A stretch of DNA of 63,097 bases, filler included, from Folioceros fuciformis (GCA_049999805.1; 31 parts of 31 records of this genome joined end to end with filler, not necessarily neighbours in it), one strand, 5' to 3'. Shown: positions 20,521 through 33,726, counted from the whole stretch's first letter. Translations and numbers: made by a program. The notes: generated by a model from the letters alone, not told the origin.

Positions 20521-22763
20521 AGCTCTTCTAGTAGCTTAGAGATATATAATTTGTAAGGCCTTAATATAAGATTAGATAATAAGTAGATATATACTATAAT
20601 AGGCCTTTGTATAGCTACTAGAACTTAAGAGTACTATTCTTTAAGGTAAGTTATAATCTATACTAGTAGAATAGCAATACTATATACTTTATAGATAATT
20701 ACTCGAATTTTTATAACGTACTAAAATAGATATATAAAAGCCTCTATAGTATTACTACTATAATCTCTATAAACTATTCTATTCTATATAACCTCTTTTT
20801 TAAGAGGTTAGCCTTATTAGATACTTCTTAGAAAGTTATAAACTATAATATAATACGAAATAAAAATATATTATCTTATTAAATAACTTTCTTTTTTAAC
20901 TACTTTATTAGTATAATATCTATTAATTTTATATACTAGTTTCTTTAGAGTTACTTAGTTATATATATATTAGAGTTATATACTTACGCTATTATATACT
21001 AAGCTAGACCCTATAGAGTCTAGGTTCTAATCTACTCTACTTCTTTTTCTACTTAAACTTACTACGCCTATTATATATTATATTAACTCTTTTTAATACT
21101 TCTATATAACTAGATAGTAGAGTACGTAGTTTTTCTACTATATAAGATACTACTATCTAGTACGACTTTAGCTACTATACCTCTAATATAGACTATAAAA
21201 GGCTATTCTACTTCTAAGTAGCCTAGTTAAACTAGACTATACTAAAAAGAAGCTTAGAGTAGTTAATCTTTAATAAGTAGAGCTAATACTACTCTATATT
21301 TATTACTAACTCTCTTCTATCTATAATTAGCTTAGTATAGAATATACTCTCTAGATATATACTTAAAGAGGATAGTTAGTAGTAACTTATCTATATAGCT
21401 TAAGCCCTTACTATAGATATAGAGGCCGTACCTCTCTTAGCCTAAAATACTAGTATTATCTCTAGTTTAGATAAGGAACCCTCTAGTTTTCTACTTATAT
21501 ATAAGTATAAGCTACCTTCTACGCTTATATCTCTAGAAAGTAGCTAGAGAAGACTATCTATACCTCTAGTAGGATTAAAGTAAGAGAAATTTTCTAAGCT
21601 ATTCTTTCTCTTACTATAGTCTTCTAAGTCTCTTCTAGCCTACGTTACTATAGTTACTAACTATAACTATTAGGTAGAATAGAAGTATACTAGTAGGTAA
21701 GAGAAGGCTACTACTAGAAAATAAATTAGTATTAGCCTCTATAAGCTAATAGATACTATAAGTATAGAAGAAAAGATATTCTATAGTATAATTATACTAG
21801 CTAATAAAGTAGAGATTACCTAGGTAATTAAATAACCTATAGGCTAGAATAGTAACTTCTATACTATAACTAGCTTACCTTATAAGATAGCTTATAGTCT
21901 TCTAGCTTTAGCTTAGGCTATAGGTAGCTAGTATACCTAGTATAACGCTACTATATTTCTATAGTCTTAAAGAGAGTATAGTACCTCTATACTTATATAT
22001 ACTTCTATAATAGATAGTACTATATCTACCTAGGTTACCTATCTACTCTCTAGTACTAATAGTCTCTCTATTACTAATAGCTGCGATACCGACTTTAAGT
22101 AAGCCTAGTATATAAGCTATTACTATAAGTAGCGTCTTACTACTACTATAATTAAATATTACTAGGCTATAGCCTTACTAGGCCGCGTATATACTACTAA
22201 AATTAAGTAGCTATAGAATAAGAATATAGGTATACTTTTTCCTTTTCTTAAGACTAAGATAATTAATAGCTTACTATACTTAGTTTACCTATATACTTTA
22301 CTCTAGGAAAGAAAGGTTTTAGTTAGATAATTAACCTACGTAACTTATTAGTATAGTATAACTAAGACTCTTAGTTAGAGTAGTTTCTATCTTATACCTC
22401 CTAATAATTACTTTAACTACTAGGTAGAGAAGAAGGTCTTAGCCTATAAGTAGCTAATCTAGCTATAGCTAGTAAAGTAAGTAAGCCTAGAGGCCTATAC
22501 TATAAGCTAGATATTAGATAGGTAGCTTAGAGTATAAGCTATATAGAGTAGCTCTATCTAAAGTAATAGTAGACTTTTTATTAAAGAAAAGGGGCTATCT
22601 ATAGTATATAAGGTTAAAGAGATTATAGATAGTATAGATAAGAAGAGTAATAGTAGCGTAGAAAATACTATATAGATACTAATAGGCTCTATATATCGGT
22701 TTTAATAACTATTACTATTAGAATTATTTAAACTATAGTAGGTATCTATCTATAGTAAATATA
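20521..22763. other. RIP-mutated subtelomeric DNA
   Basis: TpA-saturated, with only a few TG (e.g. near 20552, 20608, 22082) and CpG retained. Confidence 0.85.
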
Positions 22764-22863
22764 NNNNNNNNNNNNNNNNNNNNNNNNNNNNNNNNNNNNN
22801 NNNNNNNTTAATTAATTAANNNNNNNNNNNNNNNNNNNNNNNNNNNNNNNNNNNNNNNNNNNN

Positions 22864-23071
22864 TCGTCTGATGGGAGAAGTAAGGGGGCTTGGTAAGGTC
22901 CGAGTACTGTGTGTGTGGGTCAGTCGAGCTTTAGGTGTTAATTGACTTTAGGAGCTAACCTGTGTAGTTTAACACAAATCATTCCCTTTGGATTGAATCC
23001 CAGAGCTACAACAACATAGAGGGCTTGTGTGGACCTCGCGGTACCCCCGGGTACCATATTTTAACCCCACA
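22864..23071 (+). mobile_element. LTR terminus, family E
   Basis: Homologous to the reverse complement of 61556-61670; ends ...TTAACCCCACA. Confidence 0.75.
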
Positions 23072-24989
23072 GCACATTATCCTCAACTCCCTAGGTTGGG
23101 TGGAAGAGGTAAGCGCATCAACCAAGATTCACAAGTACATCCCTCTACAAGTTGGACACACCTTTTCCTCCCTTGCCATTGAGACCTACGAAGCCAAATG
23201 CAAGGCATTTTCCAAGTTTTTGAAGACTTGCACCTAGGTGGTGCTAGGTTTACAACAAGAAAAATGGGCTTCATCTTCCTCTTTCGTGCATTGCAATGTT
23301 TTTTCAGTAGTGGGGTTTCCATTGTACTACAATGGGCGTTGGCTAATACTATGTACAAGATGATAACAATGGTAGAAGAGGCGGCATCAGCAATGCCAGT
23401 GGTAGGTAGACTCTTCCTCCTTTAGGACCATAATGTCTTAGGCTCTATTGGTAGTTCTTAGGTTCAACGGCTTCAAGGGCAAGCCCCTAGCGGCCCGGTT
23501 GACTTTGGTGGTTGTTCTCACTTCTTGAAGGGTAGATAGGTTTCCCAATTTGTTTTTCTAAAAAATAAGTAGTCCTTTCTTTTGTTTTCTAAAAAACATT
23601 GAAGAATCAAAATTTGAATACAATGCCTTTGTGGTAAGTAGGCCTTTTGTCATTCCATATCATGACATTTTGGGAGCAATAGGCAATGTTTGAAAATGAT
23701 GTTTGAAAAAGCTAGCACCCCTTTTAGCTTTGGCCCTAGTTGAGTTGTTCCTCATATCTTTGGAGAAAATGGACTTTCCATCTCTTTTTCAATAATAGAA
23801 AAATAACACTTTTGCTCATACAAACCTTTATATTGACAAAGGTTTGAGCCCAAAACCTACTTTCTTAAAAAATGAGTTTGCACAATTGAGATTTGAACAT
23901 AAAATCTCTACCTTACATTAGCTTTCATGGTTATGAGATTTCAACACAAAATCAAACTCTCACATAAATGTCTATGCCACAACTTGTTGGATCTATTTGC
24001 ACATTGTTGAGCATGTTAAGAAAATGATGTGGGATAGACTTTTCCAACTGAATTTGAGGCTTTTCCATGTCCTTGAGGAGGTCCAACTCATAAAATAAGT
24101 TTGCAAAAGTGTGGACTTTGATAAATGTGCTATCTAAAAATGGATATTACCTGTATTTTTTACCTGTCCCCTTTAAAAACATGATTATGATGTATGCATC
24201 AGGATCCATACACCTTTGTATCCATACGGAGCTAGGATTTCAAGCTCAAATAGAATTTGCGAGAAAGCGTAGAATCTACGCGTTAGGTGCAAGTCATGCA
24301 AAGTTTCCCTCCTCCAAGCGCATCACTATGTGCTTTGGGCATCATTGCATGCTACTGCACTGGTGTCCCCCTACAACCTAGTGTTCTCCTGCGACCTAGT
24401 GTCCTCCTATGACATGGTGCCCTCCTACCCTATTATCTTCCTTTGTTGCTCTTAGACATATCCTATTGTCTTCCTCTATCACTCTTGGACATCACTTTGT
24501 GTTGCTAGACAAAGGTTGATTGTGCTAATAGGCAAAGGTCCGTTCTGCTGCGTAGTGTTGCTAGTGCTGGAGCATGGTCCCCTCTTGCTGTAGCCCAGTG
24601 TCCTCTTGTTGTAGCTTAGTGTCCCCTTGTTCTAGCCTAGAGCCTTCCTGTTGCACACAGTGTGTCCATAAGGAGGGCAGAAAAATCAAAGAGCACCAAC
24701 TACAGGGCAGCAAGCAAGTAGAAGCACAACGTAGGGCAACATTCACAACTTGTTGGATCTGTGTCATTTTTTTGGTTGCAAGATTCTCTTGCGAATATGC
24801 TTTGAAGAAGTGTCTTTATGGGCATTGAATAAGTGTCTGTATGGGCACTCCTTGGTAGCTAATCAACCAAGTCATTGGATAACAAGGGTCATGGCTTATG
24901 GCATAAAAGAGCTAGGGTTCATATCTTTGAGTGAGGTATCTTCTAGGTTAGCTCCACGACCAAACTTGGGAAATAGTGGAAGCTCAAAG

Positions 24990-25742
24990 TTTTTTTTTTC
25001 GCGAAAAGAATCTGATTAGTTAGCAGAGGCCCCCCACTAAGGGGGGACCTTCAAACATATGTACAAGCGCAAGCGCCAGAGAAGAGGGGGAGAAAAAAGG
25101 TCTTGAGTCCAAAACTCAGGACAAGCCGCTTAGGGAGCACTCCCCTACACTATGGTGCCCTCAAATTGCCTAAGCCATTTATACTCACCCTTCGGGGTCT
25201 CCCCCGGCCTTTGAGGCTCATCGTGCTCAGGGGCACGAGTGATTCTAGCCCGTACCTTCCCCCGGTGCTAGGAAATCCGCCATCCTCCAATCTTTCTGCT
25301 TCAACTGCTTTCGACGAGATTGCTCCAAAGCTTCTACTACAGTCAACAAATGCTCCCATATGCGCCACAACAAAGCTTTTGCTGAGGCTGAGTCCTTTCC
25401 TCCATATACCACTGCGGACCAATTGACCCATAGATGGAAAATGCAAGACGACCACAATAATCCCCACCACTATGTTTTAAGGAGAGGTTTGCATGAGGTT
25501 GCGTCCAGCCCAAATAAGACTGATTGTGCCGTTATCTTAAGGTTAGCGCCAAGAAAAATCAAACAGAGCCACCTGCCAACCTCCCTCCAAATCTCTTCGG
25601 CAAAGTTGCAATGATAGAACATGTGTTGGATCTTGTTCGAGGCCCCAGCGGTGCACAGTCGACACACATCCTCCCCCGTTGCAACTAAAAGGCCATCCCA
25701 CCGATCCGCATTAGGCAAACACGCTTGAAAAAAACACCAAAC
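24990..25742 (-). mobile_element. L1-type LINE 3' end (zf-RVT-like zinc finger) with short poly(A)
   Basis: CRLCTAGASNKIQHMFYHCNFAEEIW followed by W-rich IFHLWVNW. The T10 run at 24990-24999 is the poly(A) tail on the minus strand. Confidence 0.8.
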
Positions 25743-25842
25743 NNNNNNNNNNNNNNNNNNNNNNNNNNNNNNNNNNNNNNNNNNNNTTAATTAATTAANN
25801 NNNNNNNNNNNNNNNNNNNNNNNNNNNNNNNNNNNNNNNNNN

Positions 25843-25990
25843 CCTATAGACCGGCTGATAGGTAGAAGTGTGATAGGTAGTGTTCCTTGGCACTAGTTCA
25901 CTCGCTTGGGAGCGAACCATAGGACTGCAACGACAATAGGGGAATGTGTGGCCCCTTGGGTGGTTCTTGGGTGCAAGAAATCACTCCACA
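25843..25990 (+). mobile_element. LTR terminus, family D
   Basis: Nearly identical to 57729-57876; ends ...AAATCACTCCACA. Confidence 0.85.
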
Positions 25991-26160
25991 CCAAGCATGA
26001 GCATTTCTCTTCTGCTTTAGGCCTTGTGGACTTATCAAGTGTTTCTTCTTGAATGAGAACCTTTCTTCTTCATATGCATTAACTTGCTATACATTTATGT
26101 TCCTACCATGAGTGAACCGGACATGTTAGTTAGTTAGTCTCATTTCATGTTGTTGCAAAC

Positions 26161-26185
26161 GTGAGTGGGAGTGTCGAGGATATGG
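26161..26185 (+). mobile_element. Possible PPT and start of a 3' LTR
   Basis: GTGAGTGGGAG followed by TGTCGAGG. The other end was not identified. Confidence 0.35.
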
Positions 26186-27262
26186 CTGTTAGAGCCCTAT
26201 ATAGGGCACGTTTCAACAAATATTCTAATATGTATTTAATTAGGTTACTGAGATATCATTAGGCATAGTAGTTTCACTTATAACTGCTTGTGTGTTCACC
26301 CTTTGATATGTTGACTCTCTTAATTATAACATAGAGTGTTCATCTTGCATGCTGATTTCTTATCAATGGAGAGGAAGAACCAAGGGGAGGTATCTATGTA
26401 TTGTGAGTTGTGATCACCCACTCACATTGAGGGAGGGGAAGCATAGAAGCTGTTCCTTTCATCGATCTCATGTGAAGTGAGCCACCAAAGAGTGGAAATG
26501 TGACCAGTAGCCTTGGTGTGCACGATGGGGAGGAAGCACCCAAGGGGAGGCATCTGTGTGCACTATTGCAAGAATATACGTGTATATCAATATAGGGGCT
26601 AGCCTCCCCATATATACATGAATTCATGCTAAGGATGTATAAAATATATGCTAAGTTTAAACAATTTAAGGGTTGAATACATTCAGATGTTGAAAGGCAA
26701 TATCTCTTAGAGCATGACACTCGCAAGCAAGCTCACTCGCTTGTAGGCAAGCTCACTTCCTCATAGGCAGGCTCGTAAGTAGGCTCCCTTGCTCGCACCT
26801 ATGCACATTGGTAGGCTCCCTCGCTCGCACTTGTGCATATTGGCTCACTCACTCTACAACAACACACATTGGCTCAAAGGGACATAGACAGTAATCACCC
26901 AGAAACATTCTCACAAATATCAATCGTTCACAAATGACATAAATAATATAAGGTCTTTTTCATACTTTTACAATGGCATTTGCGATAATATTTGTGACAC
27001 ATTAGTATATACAAGATAAAATAAAATAAATACTATAATAAAAATAAAACTATATATATAACATCATTTACAATGAACTTGGTACATCAATAAATATTGT
27101 TCTTTTAAATAACATTATTCCAAAACTATAGTCTTATAAAATTCAAAATTACATCCACAACCNNNNNNNNNNNNNNNNNNNNNNNNNNNNNNNNNNNNNN
27201 NNNNNNTTAATTAATTAANNNNNNNNNNNNNNNNNNNNNNNNNNNNNNNNNNNNNNNNNNNN

Positions 27263-27431
27263 CCTCGAATCCATCATTGAGTCGATCAAGTCCGACCCTC
27301 CATCCACAGCAGCAAGGAACCCCATCGCTCCTTCATGGGAACGAAACCCAATGTCTCAACGACAGTGGGATAAGTGTGGCCACTAAAGGTGGAACCCATT
27401 GGCAATCAGTGCCCGGGGTCTCGCCTCCACA
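27263..27431 (+). mobile_element. LTR-B terminus inserted in the leader of an LTR-A element
   Basis: Family B sequence ending CCTCCACA, followed by GC-rich leader, PBS and LTR-A. Confidence 0.88.
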
Positions 27432-27649
27432 CGCGGCGGCGTACTCCCGGTTGGCCCGCGTTGCCATTGTCGCGGCCTGCGCCTTAGCAGGGCGGGGCTG
27501 GAGCCTCCTGCACCTCGGGCAGCAGGGTGGCCGCACAAGAGCCCTCGGGATGCTGCTTTCACTCAAGTGCCTTCCTCACGGCCTTGTTGCGCCTTAGTGC
27601 ATCTTGTCCGTAGCACTTACAGTCATCACCCTCTTGCTCCACAACCTTT

Positions 27650-27917
27650 GCTTTGATACCAGTTGAAGGATCGCTTGAGGATCAACATGATGAAGGAGGA
27701 GAGGAGAAAGCAAGGTCTCAGTTGCAAGGGAGCTCAAGAGGGTATTTATACCCTCTAGAAGAGCTCCCAAGGAAGCTTCACAAGAAGCTCATAGGAAGCT
27801 GCACAAGAAGCTTCCTAGAGATTAGCTTAAGCTAATCTAAACAAATGATAATTAACAAGATACTAATCTAAGACTAAACACATTAGTCTAAGCACATTGG
27901 GCTTTAATAACCCTACA
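27650..27917 (-). mobile_element. PBS (27650-27661) and 5' LTR family A (27664-27917)
   Basis: GCTTTGATACCA GT TGAAGG...CCCTACA. Confidence 0.9.
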
Positions 27918-29585
27918 AAAACTGCAAAAAGGGGCTGCCCTTGCCGGGTTACCCTGAGATGGTATGTCCCCCGCAGAATGCCACCACCACCCTCAAGCTC
28001 AGGATCTTGCAAAGGAAAAACTACTCTTACTTTCCACTGAAGACAATCGGGCAAGAAGGGTTTTAGGTCACACGACATTTCCTCTAAGTGGCGACTTCAA
28101 CAACTAGCTTCCTCCATCGCTATGCTAGGTTTTCTACTCTGTTGGCTCACACAGGTGGTGTGACTATCTAAAATGCATTTTTAGCATAATTTCACAACAG
28201 CTGTTGTGCTCTCGGCATCAGCTGTCACATATGCTTTGGTTCAGTCCATCAGCTGTAGAGCTAATGGCCAGCTACCTTAAGTGAAAAGGCAAATTGGCAA
28301 AATTTAGTCCATGCCACCCCCCCCCCTCCCCCTAGCTAATGGACGAGCTTGAAGCATGAGCACNNNNNNNNNNNNNNNNNNNNNNNNNNNNNNNNNNNNN
28401 NNNNNNNTTAATTAATTAANNNNNNNNNNNNNNNNNNNNNNNNNNNNNNNNNNNNNNNNNNNNCTAACCTGGATTCACCCTCTAATACTTACTTACCAAT
28501 TCTTTGCCTTCCAAAACCACCAGCATCTTACCCCTCGTCGCGCTCACCTGCGAGCTCACAGACCTCTATCCTCACTCGCCAGTTCTCCCGTGCCTTGACC
28601 GAAATGCACCAGCGTCCGTTGTGCCCACATCGGCACTCAGAAAGTCGCGAATGGACCTCGGGCAGTACAGACCCCAGTCTATCCACGCAACCCCAGCCCG
28701 ATCCCAGACCGTTTTACGCTCAATCGCCTTTCAGTTACACACGCACTAGGGTTCTGTCGGCGTTTAATCACTCTGACTCAACGACTCCACTTCCATGAAT
28801 TCTCTTTTCCCCTCACTCTAGGCACTGGTCCACGGTTTGCAGCACCCCATCCGCGGCGCCTCCAAAGTTCCCTTTTCGATTATGGTCTCCAGTCCACTCC
28901 TCTCTCACATGGGCCTCGGCGGCTTCCACCATGCAGCCATCTCATATTTCTGCCACCACTCTTCCCTTCTCACATACACACCCCCAGTCGCGCGGTCTTG
29001 TCCTAACGACCGTTCAACGTCACGCACTCACACTCGCTGCCTCTCTTGATCTCGCTTCTTCATTTGTTCACATTTTCTCGACGTCACACTCAGTCCAGCC
29101 CCTCCGGGCCTTCTCCTATGGAATTAAGGAATGCTGAAACACCGGGGCTAAGGGAAGGGATACCCACTTCCACTCTGAACTCGCAGATTCGCCCTGACGT
29201 CTTCACCACTCCACATGATTGCCCCGAGGATAGCTAGGGAGCTCGTCTCCCACTTGGCAAGGTTCCACCTCCTAATTCGTCCCCTGGCTCGATCACGGAG
29301 CGTCCACCACCTGCACCCACACCCCCAGATTGCTACGTGCGCACACTTGCCTGGACCTCCTATCCAGCAACGACCATCGCTAGACTCCTGCAAGGTTGGG
29401 TGGTTGGGCTGATTTTTGCTAATTTCCCAGGGCCTCAAACTGGCCTCTTATACACGGTGGTGGTAGTCTTTCCGCTATAAAGTCTGTCAGGGGTCAGTCG
29501 GCGCTCTTAAATTCCAAGCGGCTCAAGTCCAAGTAAAAGCATTCCAAAAAGAACACTATCCTAGCCTGCAATTACTATCGCCTCT

Positions 29586-29709
29586 TGTGGAGGCAAAACC
29601 CCGGGCATTGATTGCCAACGGGTTCCACCTTTAGTGGCCACACTTATCCCACTGTCGTTGAGACATTGGGTTTCGTTCCCACGAAGGAGCAATGGGGTTC
29701 CTTGCTGCT
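29586..29709 (-). mobile_element. LTR-B terminus
   Basis: TGTGGAGGCAAAACCCCGGGC... match to family B. Confidence 0.9.
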
Positions 29710-29958
29710 NNNNNNNNNNNNNNNNNNNNNNNNNNNNNNNNNNNNNNNNNNNNTTAATTAATTAANNNNNNNNNNNNNNNNNNNNNNNNNNNNNNNNNNN
29801 NNNNNNNNNCACCTGGGCGCCCGCGGACACCTCGCTGCCTCTCCCACTGTCTGGCTCCCGCTTCGCATTGCGGCGGCCTCTACCTAGATGCCCATCTTTA
29901 CGGCCTTGCGCCTCTGTGTGCATCATTTGCAGCCAACACTATCTTGCTATATACCCAA

Positions 29959-30239
29959 GCTCTGATACCAATTGAAGGATCGCTAGAGGAGCCACATGGG
30001 GAAGGAGGAAAGGAGAAAGAGAGGTCACACTCTCAGTGTTTCTATTGCAAGGGAGCTCAAGGGGGTATTTATACCCTCTAGAAGAGCTTCCAAGGAAGCT
30101 TCATAAGAAGCGCATAGAAAGCTGCGTAAGAAGCTTCCTACAGATTAGCTTAAGCTAATCTACCAAATGATACTTAACTAGACACTAATCTTAGACTAAA
30201 CACATTAGTCTAAGCACATTGGGCTTTAATAATCCTACA
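29959..30239 (-). mobile_element. PBS (29959-29970) and 5' LTR family A (29973-30239)
   Basis: GCTCTGATACCA AT TGAAGG...TCCTACA. Confidence 0.9.
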
Positions 30240-30623
30240 TTGGCAATGATCTAGGATATAATGTGTGTATAAAGCAGTAGACTTTGATATTATAATTTGG
30301 AGTATAACTCAGCTTTTTCAGCAAGATCTTAGGGAATTTGACATTGAAATGTAAAGGTGATCTTTCAAGACCATTTAGTGGCAATTTAAAGAATATTTAA
30401 CTCAGAATTTCCACTTGTCCTAGTTCCAAGTGGAGATGTTGTTCCATTCATGTTTATGGCATCAACAGATTTGACAACAGATTTGATTTGATTTGCTCTA
30501 TTCATGGTTTAGGGTGTATGTCTGGATGCATCCACTTTCCAACCCACTCTTTAGACTTTCGGAGACTTCTAGAGAACATCAGAAGTCTAGAGAGTGGGTT
30601 GGAAAGTGGATGCCCAGGCGATC

Positions 30624-30984
30624 AATTCTACCACACAGAGCTACTTCAGCTCACATTTTGGATGGTGAGAATCAGTGCGTTGGATAATTCTGCCACACAA
30701 AGCTACTTCAACTCACGTTTTGGATGGTGAGAATCAAAGCATTGGGTAATTCTGCCACACAGAGCTACTTCAACTCACGTTTTGGATAGTGAGAATCAAT
30801 GCCTTGGGTAATTCTACCACACAGAGCTACTTCAGCTCACATTTTGGATGGTGAGAATCAGTGCATTGGGTAATTCTACCACACAAAGCTACTTCAACTC
30901 ACGTTTTGGATGGTGAGAATCAATGCCTTGGGTAATTATGCCACACAAAGCTACTTCAGCTCACGTTTTGGATGGTGAGAATCA
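30624..30984. repeat. 62-bp tandem repeat, ~5.8 copies
   Basis: Units AATTCT(A/G)CCACACA(G/A)AGCTACTTCA...GAGAATCA... start at 30624, 30686, 30748, 30810, 30872 and 30934. Confidence 0.93.
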
Positions 30985-31049
30985 TATTCTTCAAACATTG
31001 TGCCTTGGGTAATATGAGTACAGTCGTTTTTGTATTAACTTTCACTCCT

Positions 31050-31177
31050 GAAGTTGGCCACGATGAAGGTTCTTTGTGTAATTAGTTAGCAAGTTGAGGT
31101 CTCGTTCATGAAGGGAATTAACTGGGCAAATCACTCCACCAACTAAGAACATCCATGCACCACCACCCATAGAAAGA
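31050..31177 (-). pseudogene. Degenerate 18S rRNA fragment
   Basis: The minus strand reads CTATGGGTGGTGGTGCATGGATGTTCTTAGTTGGTGGAGTGATTTGCCCAGTTAATTCCC...GAACGAGACCTCAACTTGCTAACTA...TCGTGGCCAACTTC. This is the conserved 18S segment around GGTGGTGCATGGCCGTTCTTAGTTGGTGG with several substitutions. Confidence 0.88.
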
Positions 31178-31712
31178 NNNNNNNNNNNNNNNNNNNNNNN
31201 NNNNNNNNNNNNNNNNNNNNNTTAATTAATTAANNNNNNNNNNNNNNNNNNNNNNNNNNNNNNNNNNNNNNNNNNNNCTGGCCGCCGGTGCGCCCGCTAC
31301 GCTGGGCGGGCTGTCGCCCCGTCTCGACCGGTGGCCTGGAGCCTCCGCTTGCGAGGGGCGTGGCCTAACGCGCGCCCTATGCGGGCTGATGCCACGGGGG
31401 AAGGCTCGGCCACCCCGCTGGCCGGGCTTTGGTCGCACCCGGCGACCCCTCCCCCCCCGGCGGGCTTGGGCTGCCCCGGGGCTTGGCACCCTCGCGGGCT
31501 ATGCGCTCATGGCCTGGCCGCAATTCGGCGGTCGGACTGGGCCTAGTGCCTGCACCCTCGTGGGGGAGGGCGTTTCCGATGTGCTCTGTGCACCGGCGCT
31601 CTCGGCAACCTCCGCGTGCCAGCGCTCTGGGCGTCCCGTGCTCTTCCTAAATGTCGCACAAGGCCCAGTTCACTCCGATGTCTTGCGCACCATCACCCTT
31701 GCTCCACACCAA

Positions 31713-32009
31713 GCTCTGATACCACTTGAAGGATCGGTAGAGGAGCATGGTGAAAGAGAGGAGGGGAGGAGGCAAGGAGGAGAGGAGAAAGAGAGGTCAC
31801 AAAAGATCTCAATATGCAAGGGAGCTCAAGGGGGTATTTATACCCTCTAGAAGAGCTCCCTAGAAAGCTTCACAAGAAGCACACAGGAAGCTGCGCAAGA
31901 AGCTTCCTACATATTAGCTTAAGCTAATATAAACTAATGATACTTAACTAGACAATAATCTTAGACTAAACACGTTAGTCTAAGCACATTGGGCTTTAAT
32001 AACCCTACA
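31713..32009 (-). mobile_element. PBS (31713-31724) and 5' LTR family A (31727-32009)
   Basis: GCTCTGATACCA CT TGAAGG...CCCTACA. Confidence 0.9.
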
Positions 32010-32242
32010 CTAGTTACCGTAGATCGTAATTAATAGTAGTTAATAATTACGAACGGGTGTGCCTCTTCGGAAGCGACACCTAGTGACATTATTTAAGACA
32101 CTTTGTATACAATTTTTAGAGACTAACACGAAATATTTCTCTGAGCATTGCATCTTGATCATATTAGACTAGATGCAAGCAATCCTAATCATGCTAGATT
32201 AGATGCAATCCTACTGCTTGGATTTTAACATGGTATCAGAGC
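32010..32242 (+). mobile_element. 3' part of another 5' LTR plus PBS (32231-32242)
   Basis: ...TTTTAACA TGGTATCAGAGC. The LTR-A element has inserted into this LTR. Confidence 0.75.
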
Positions 32243-32725
32243 TAGTCTTCTTTTATAATCGTCTTCGCATTATGGTTGGGCATCTATTGTCGAGTAGTGT
32301 ACAACCTCTCAGCAACCCCCTCCATAAATCAGCATGGACCCAATCCATCAGTTGAGAGCAAATCCAAATTGATGAAAAAAAGAAGAAGAAAAAAGCATGC
32401 ATCCTAGTATGTCTACGAAAGGCAAGGCACTTAGGCCTCCGCAACAATATAAAGAAAAGGTAGGGTGCTCTAGGGCGCTTGACCTCGGAGTTCTAATAGA
32501 ACTCAATCTATGTCATCCCTACCTCACAGCTTAATATGCCTTTGCATTTCTGCAGATATGAAGAGTTACAAGTCGGCATCCAAATAAAAGCCAAAAAGTG
32601 GGAGGCACAAGGCCCCTCCCTCTCGNNNNNNNNNNNNNNNNNNNNNNNNNNNNNNNNNNNNNNNNNNNNTTAATTAATTAANNNNNNNNNNNNNNNNNNN
32701 NNNNNNNNNNNNNNNNNNNNNNNNN

Positions 32726-32816
32726 GGCTATGTATGTATGTGTGGACTATCAATCTAATTGTACTCAACTAAGGATTGATCTTGGGACTCACTCTTTTCT
32801 AACATGGTATCAGAAC
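32726..32816 (+). mobile_element. LTR end plus PBS (32805-32816)
   Basis: ...TTCTAACA TGGTATCAGAAC. Confidence 0.75.
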
Positions 32817-32854
32817 CCGAGTTCTAAGCTCCAAGTTCTAGGACGGCTATCCTT

Positions 32855-33100
32855 TGTTGGTTGAGATACATACTGAGAACAAAGCGATTAGGGAGCATAG
32901 CGATTCTTAGAATAGTTCTATGTGTCTTACATTTGAATAATAAAAGAGATCAAAGTTTTTCGTTGATGTTCCTGCTTAAATAGTAGTTTATTTGCCTAAC
33001 CATTCTACCCTCAATAGACGTACCGTTTCGCCTGTGTTTATCTAGCACTTATACCTAAATATAGTTATAAGTACTAAGTATCTCTAACACCCCCTCTTAA
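32855..33100 (-). mobile_element. Copia 3' LTR (32855-33089) and PPT
   Basis: The minus strand reads AAGAGGGGG TGTTAG...CCAACA downstream of RNase H. Confidence 0.7.
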
Positions 33101-33726
33101 ACCAGACGCTAACAGTGTTAGGTTTAGGGCAGGCACCGCCGTACTCGGAATGACCTGGGCATAGGGCGGGGCGCTGCCTCATTCTTCGAGTGCGAGGCTG
33201 AGGGTTCACGGCGGCGGGCGGTGGAGCCTGTGTGCCGTCTTGAGGAGGTCCGAGCTGCGAGTGGCTGGCGGTCGTATGGGGCTCGTAGTGCGCGGCTGGT
33301 GCTGCTGGATGGTGCCGGGGCTGTGTTATTGCTTTGCAGCCGGGGTCGCCTTGTGGAGGCCTGTCTTCCAGAGCTCGGGGGTCGGTGTGAGGCGAGCAGT
33401 GTTGCCGTGCCTGTGGAGGAGTGTTCTTGCTGCAACGTGGCCTTCTCCTTTGCAGACCTATAGGCAGTGGCTCGAGGGGCCTAGTTGATGCATGTTCAGG
33501 ACGATTGTCTTGTTGTTGTAGCTTCATCTGTCCAGTGAGTGGGTGATTGCGCTGGTGTTCTTGCGTGTCCCCTGGCCTCTTTTTGTAGTCTGATGTTCTC
33601 CTTGTGCAGCTTACAGGTGCCAGGGTCACATTGTCTTGGCCGACGAGAGGATGGTGGACGTGTTCAGTGTGGGAGTTGATCGGCAGGTGGCGTCCCGAGT
33701 TCCCCCCTCTCGTGGGCCGTATCCTC

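Noticed and set aside
30624-30984. CRISPR-like array (also 35055-35247 and 43071-43230)
   Set aside because: The units are head-to-tail with no unique spacers, no cas genes are present and the context is eukaryotic.
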